From positions 368-64,367 of the forward strand of contig PMTV01000051.1 of NCBI GenBank assembly GCA_003167215.1: a stretch of 64,000 bases of DNA, read 5' to 3'. Of the stretch, positions 63,776 through 64,000 are shown one piece after another. The position numbers were made by a program, and so were the translations under genes. Within the stretch, counting starts at the first letter, position 1, and the number at the start of each line of letters is the position of its first letter. The notes below the pieces were generated by a model. The model saw only the letters and a list, made by a program, of their open reading frames with translations, had not been told where the DNA came from and did no database searches. Origin of the DNA: Acidobacteriota bacterium (GTDB taxonomy: Bacteria; Acidobacteriota; Terriglobia; Acidiferrales; UBA7541).

Positions 63776-63961
63776 TCAAAATATCAAGTTTCCGATCACA
63801 ACGATTGCGAGAGCCAGAACGGTTCCGGTCAGAATAGCCAATAGCAACCAAGTCCGAAATTGAGGACGCGATTTCGGCATCCCCAACATGTGCATGGAAA
63901 GGTCAGGCTGATCGAAGGAGTTCGCATGCTCCCGGTACTTCGTCTCGTGTACCATGCGCAA
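63776..63961 (-). CDS. Hypothetical small tail-anchored membrane protein
   Basis: 61-aa ORF with a C-terminal TM helix (WLLLAILTGTVLALAIVVIGNLIF). It is short, so this call is only weakly supported. Confidence 0.3.
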   Translation of the reverse strand: MRMVHETKYREHANSFDQPDLSMHMLGMPKSRPQFRTWLLLAILTGTVLALAIVVIGNLIF

Positions 63962-64000
63962 AATACTAGCATCGTATCCCGGCGCTGGCGGGTCATGTGG

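Noticed and set aside
1-64000. Search by eye for CRISPR arrays, tRNA/rRNA genes, transposases, integrases, phage genes and toxin-antitoxin or known defence modules
   Set aside because: I found no regularly spaced direct repeats, no cloverleaf-like or rRNA-like segments, and no ORFs with transposase, recombinase or typical defence-system motifs. Small ncRNAs cannot be excluded without covariance-model searches.

Overview
This is a high-GC chromosomal segment whose gene content looks Acidobacteriota-like. That reading is an inference from the CarboxypepD_reg-type TonB receptor, the DUF1800/DUF1501 pair and the PQQ-propeller exoprotein. I support about 55 protein-coding genes, most of them housekeeping. 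They include an amine-catabolism cluster, a PrimPol+ligase pair, TerC, an H+-pyrophosphatase, LPS inner-core genes (waaA-lpxK-hldA-hldC) and a birA-coaX-rlmD-comEC string. They also include valS, a nine-gene co-directional array (aroC-def-fmt-rsmB-PASTA-rpe-bamD-RR-OMP), mlaEFD and TauE/DUF1634.

I recognised no rRNA, tRNA, CRISPR array, transposase, integrase or prophage genes. I did not find a clear-cut novel multi-gene (for example defence-like) system.

The observations most worth following up are:
- an MlaF ATPase lacking both the Walker-B catalytic Glu and the H-loop His;
- a kinase-less PASTA protein sitting in the PrkC slot of the conserved def-fmt-rsmB...rpe gene order;
- a MerR-HTH + XRE-HTH + cupin regulator;
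- a 1270-aa propeller/Fn3-like/legume-lectin-like exoprotein;
- an orphan divergent PurD-family ATP-grasp protein;
- a Ku-less PrimPol+LigC-like pair;
- a decayed heptosyltransferase stub after hldC;
- a structured leader upstream of TerC.

All domain calls come from reading motifs by eye. None has been verified by HMM or BLAST.
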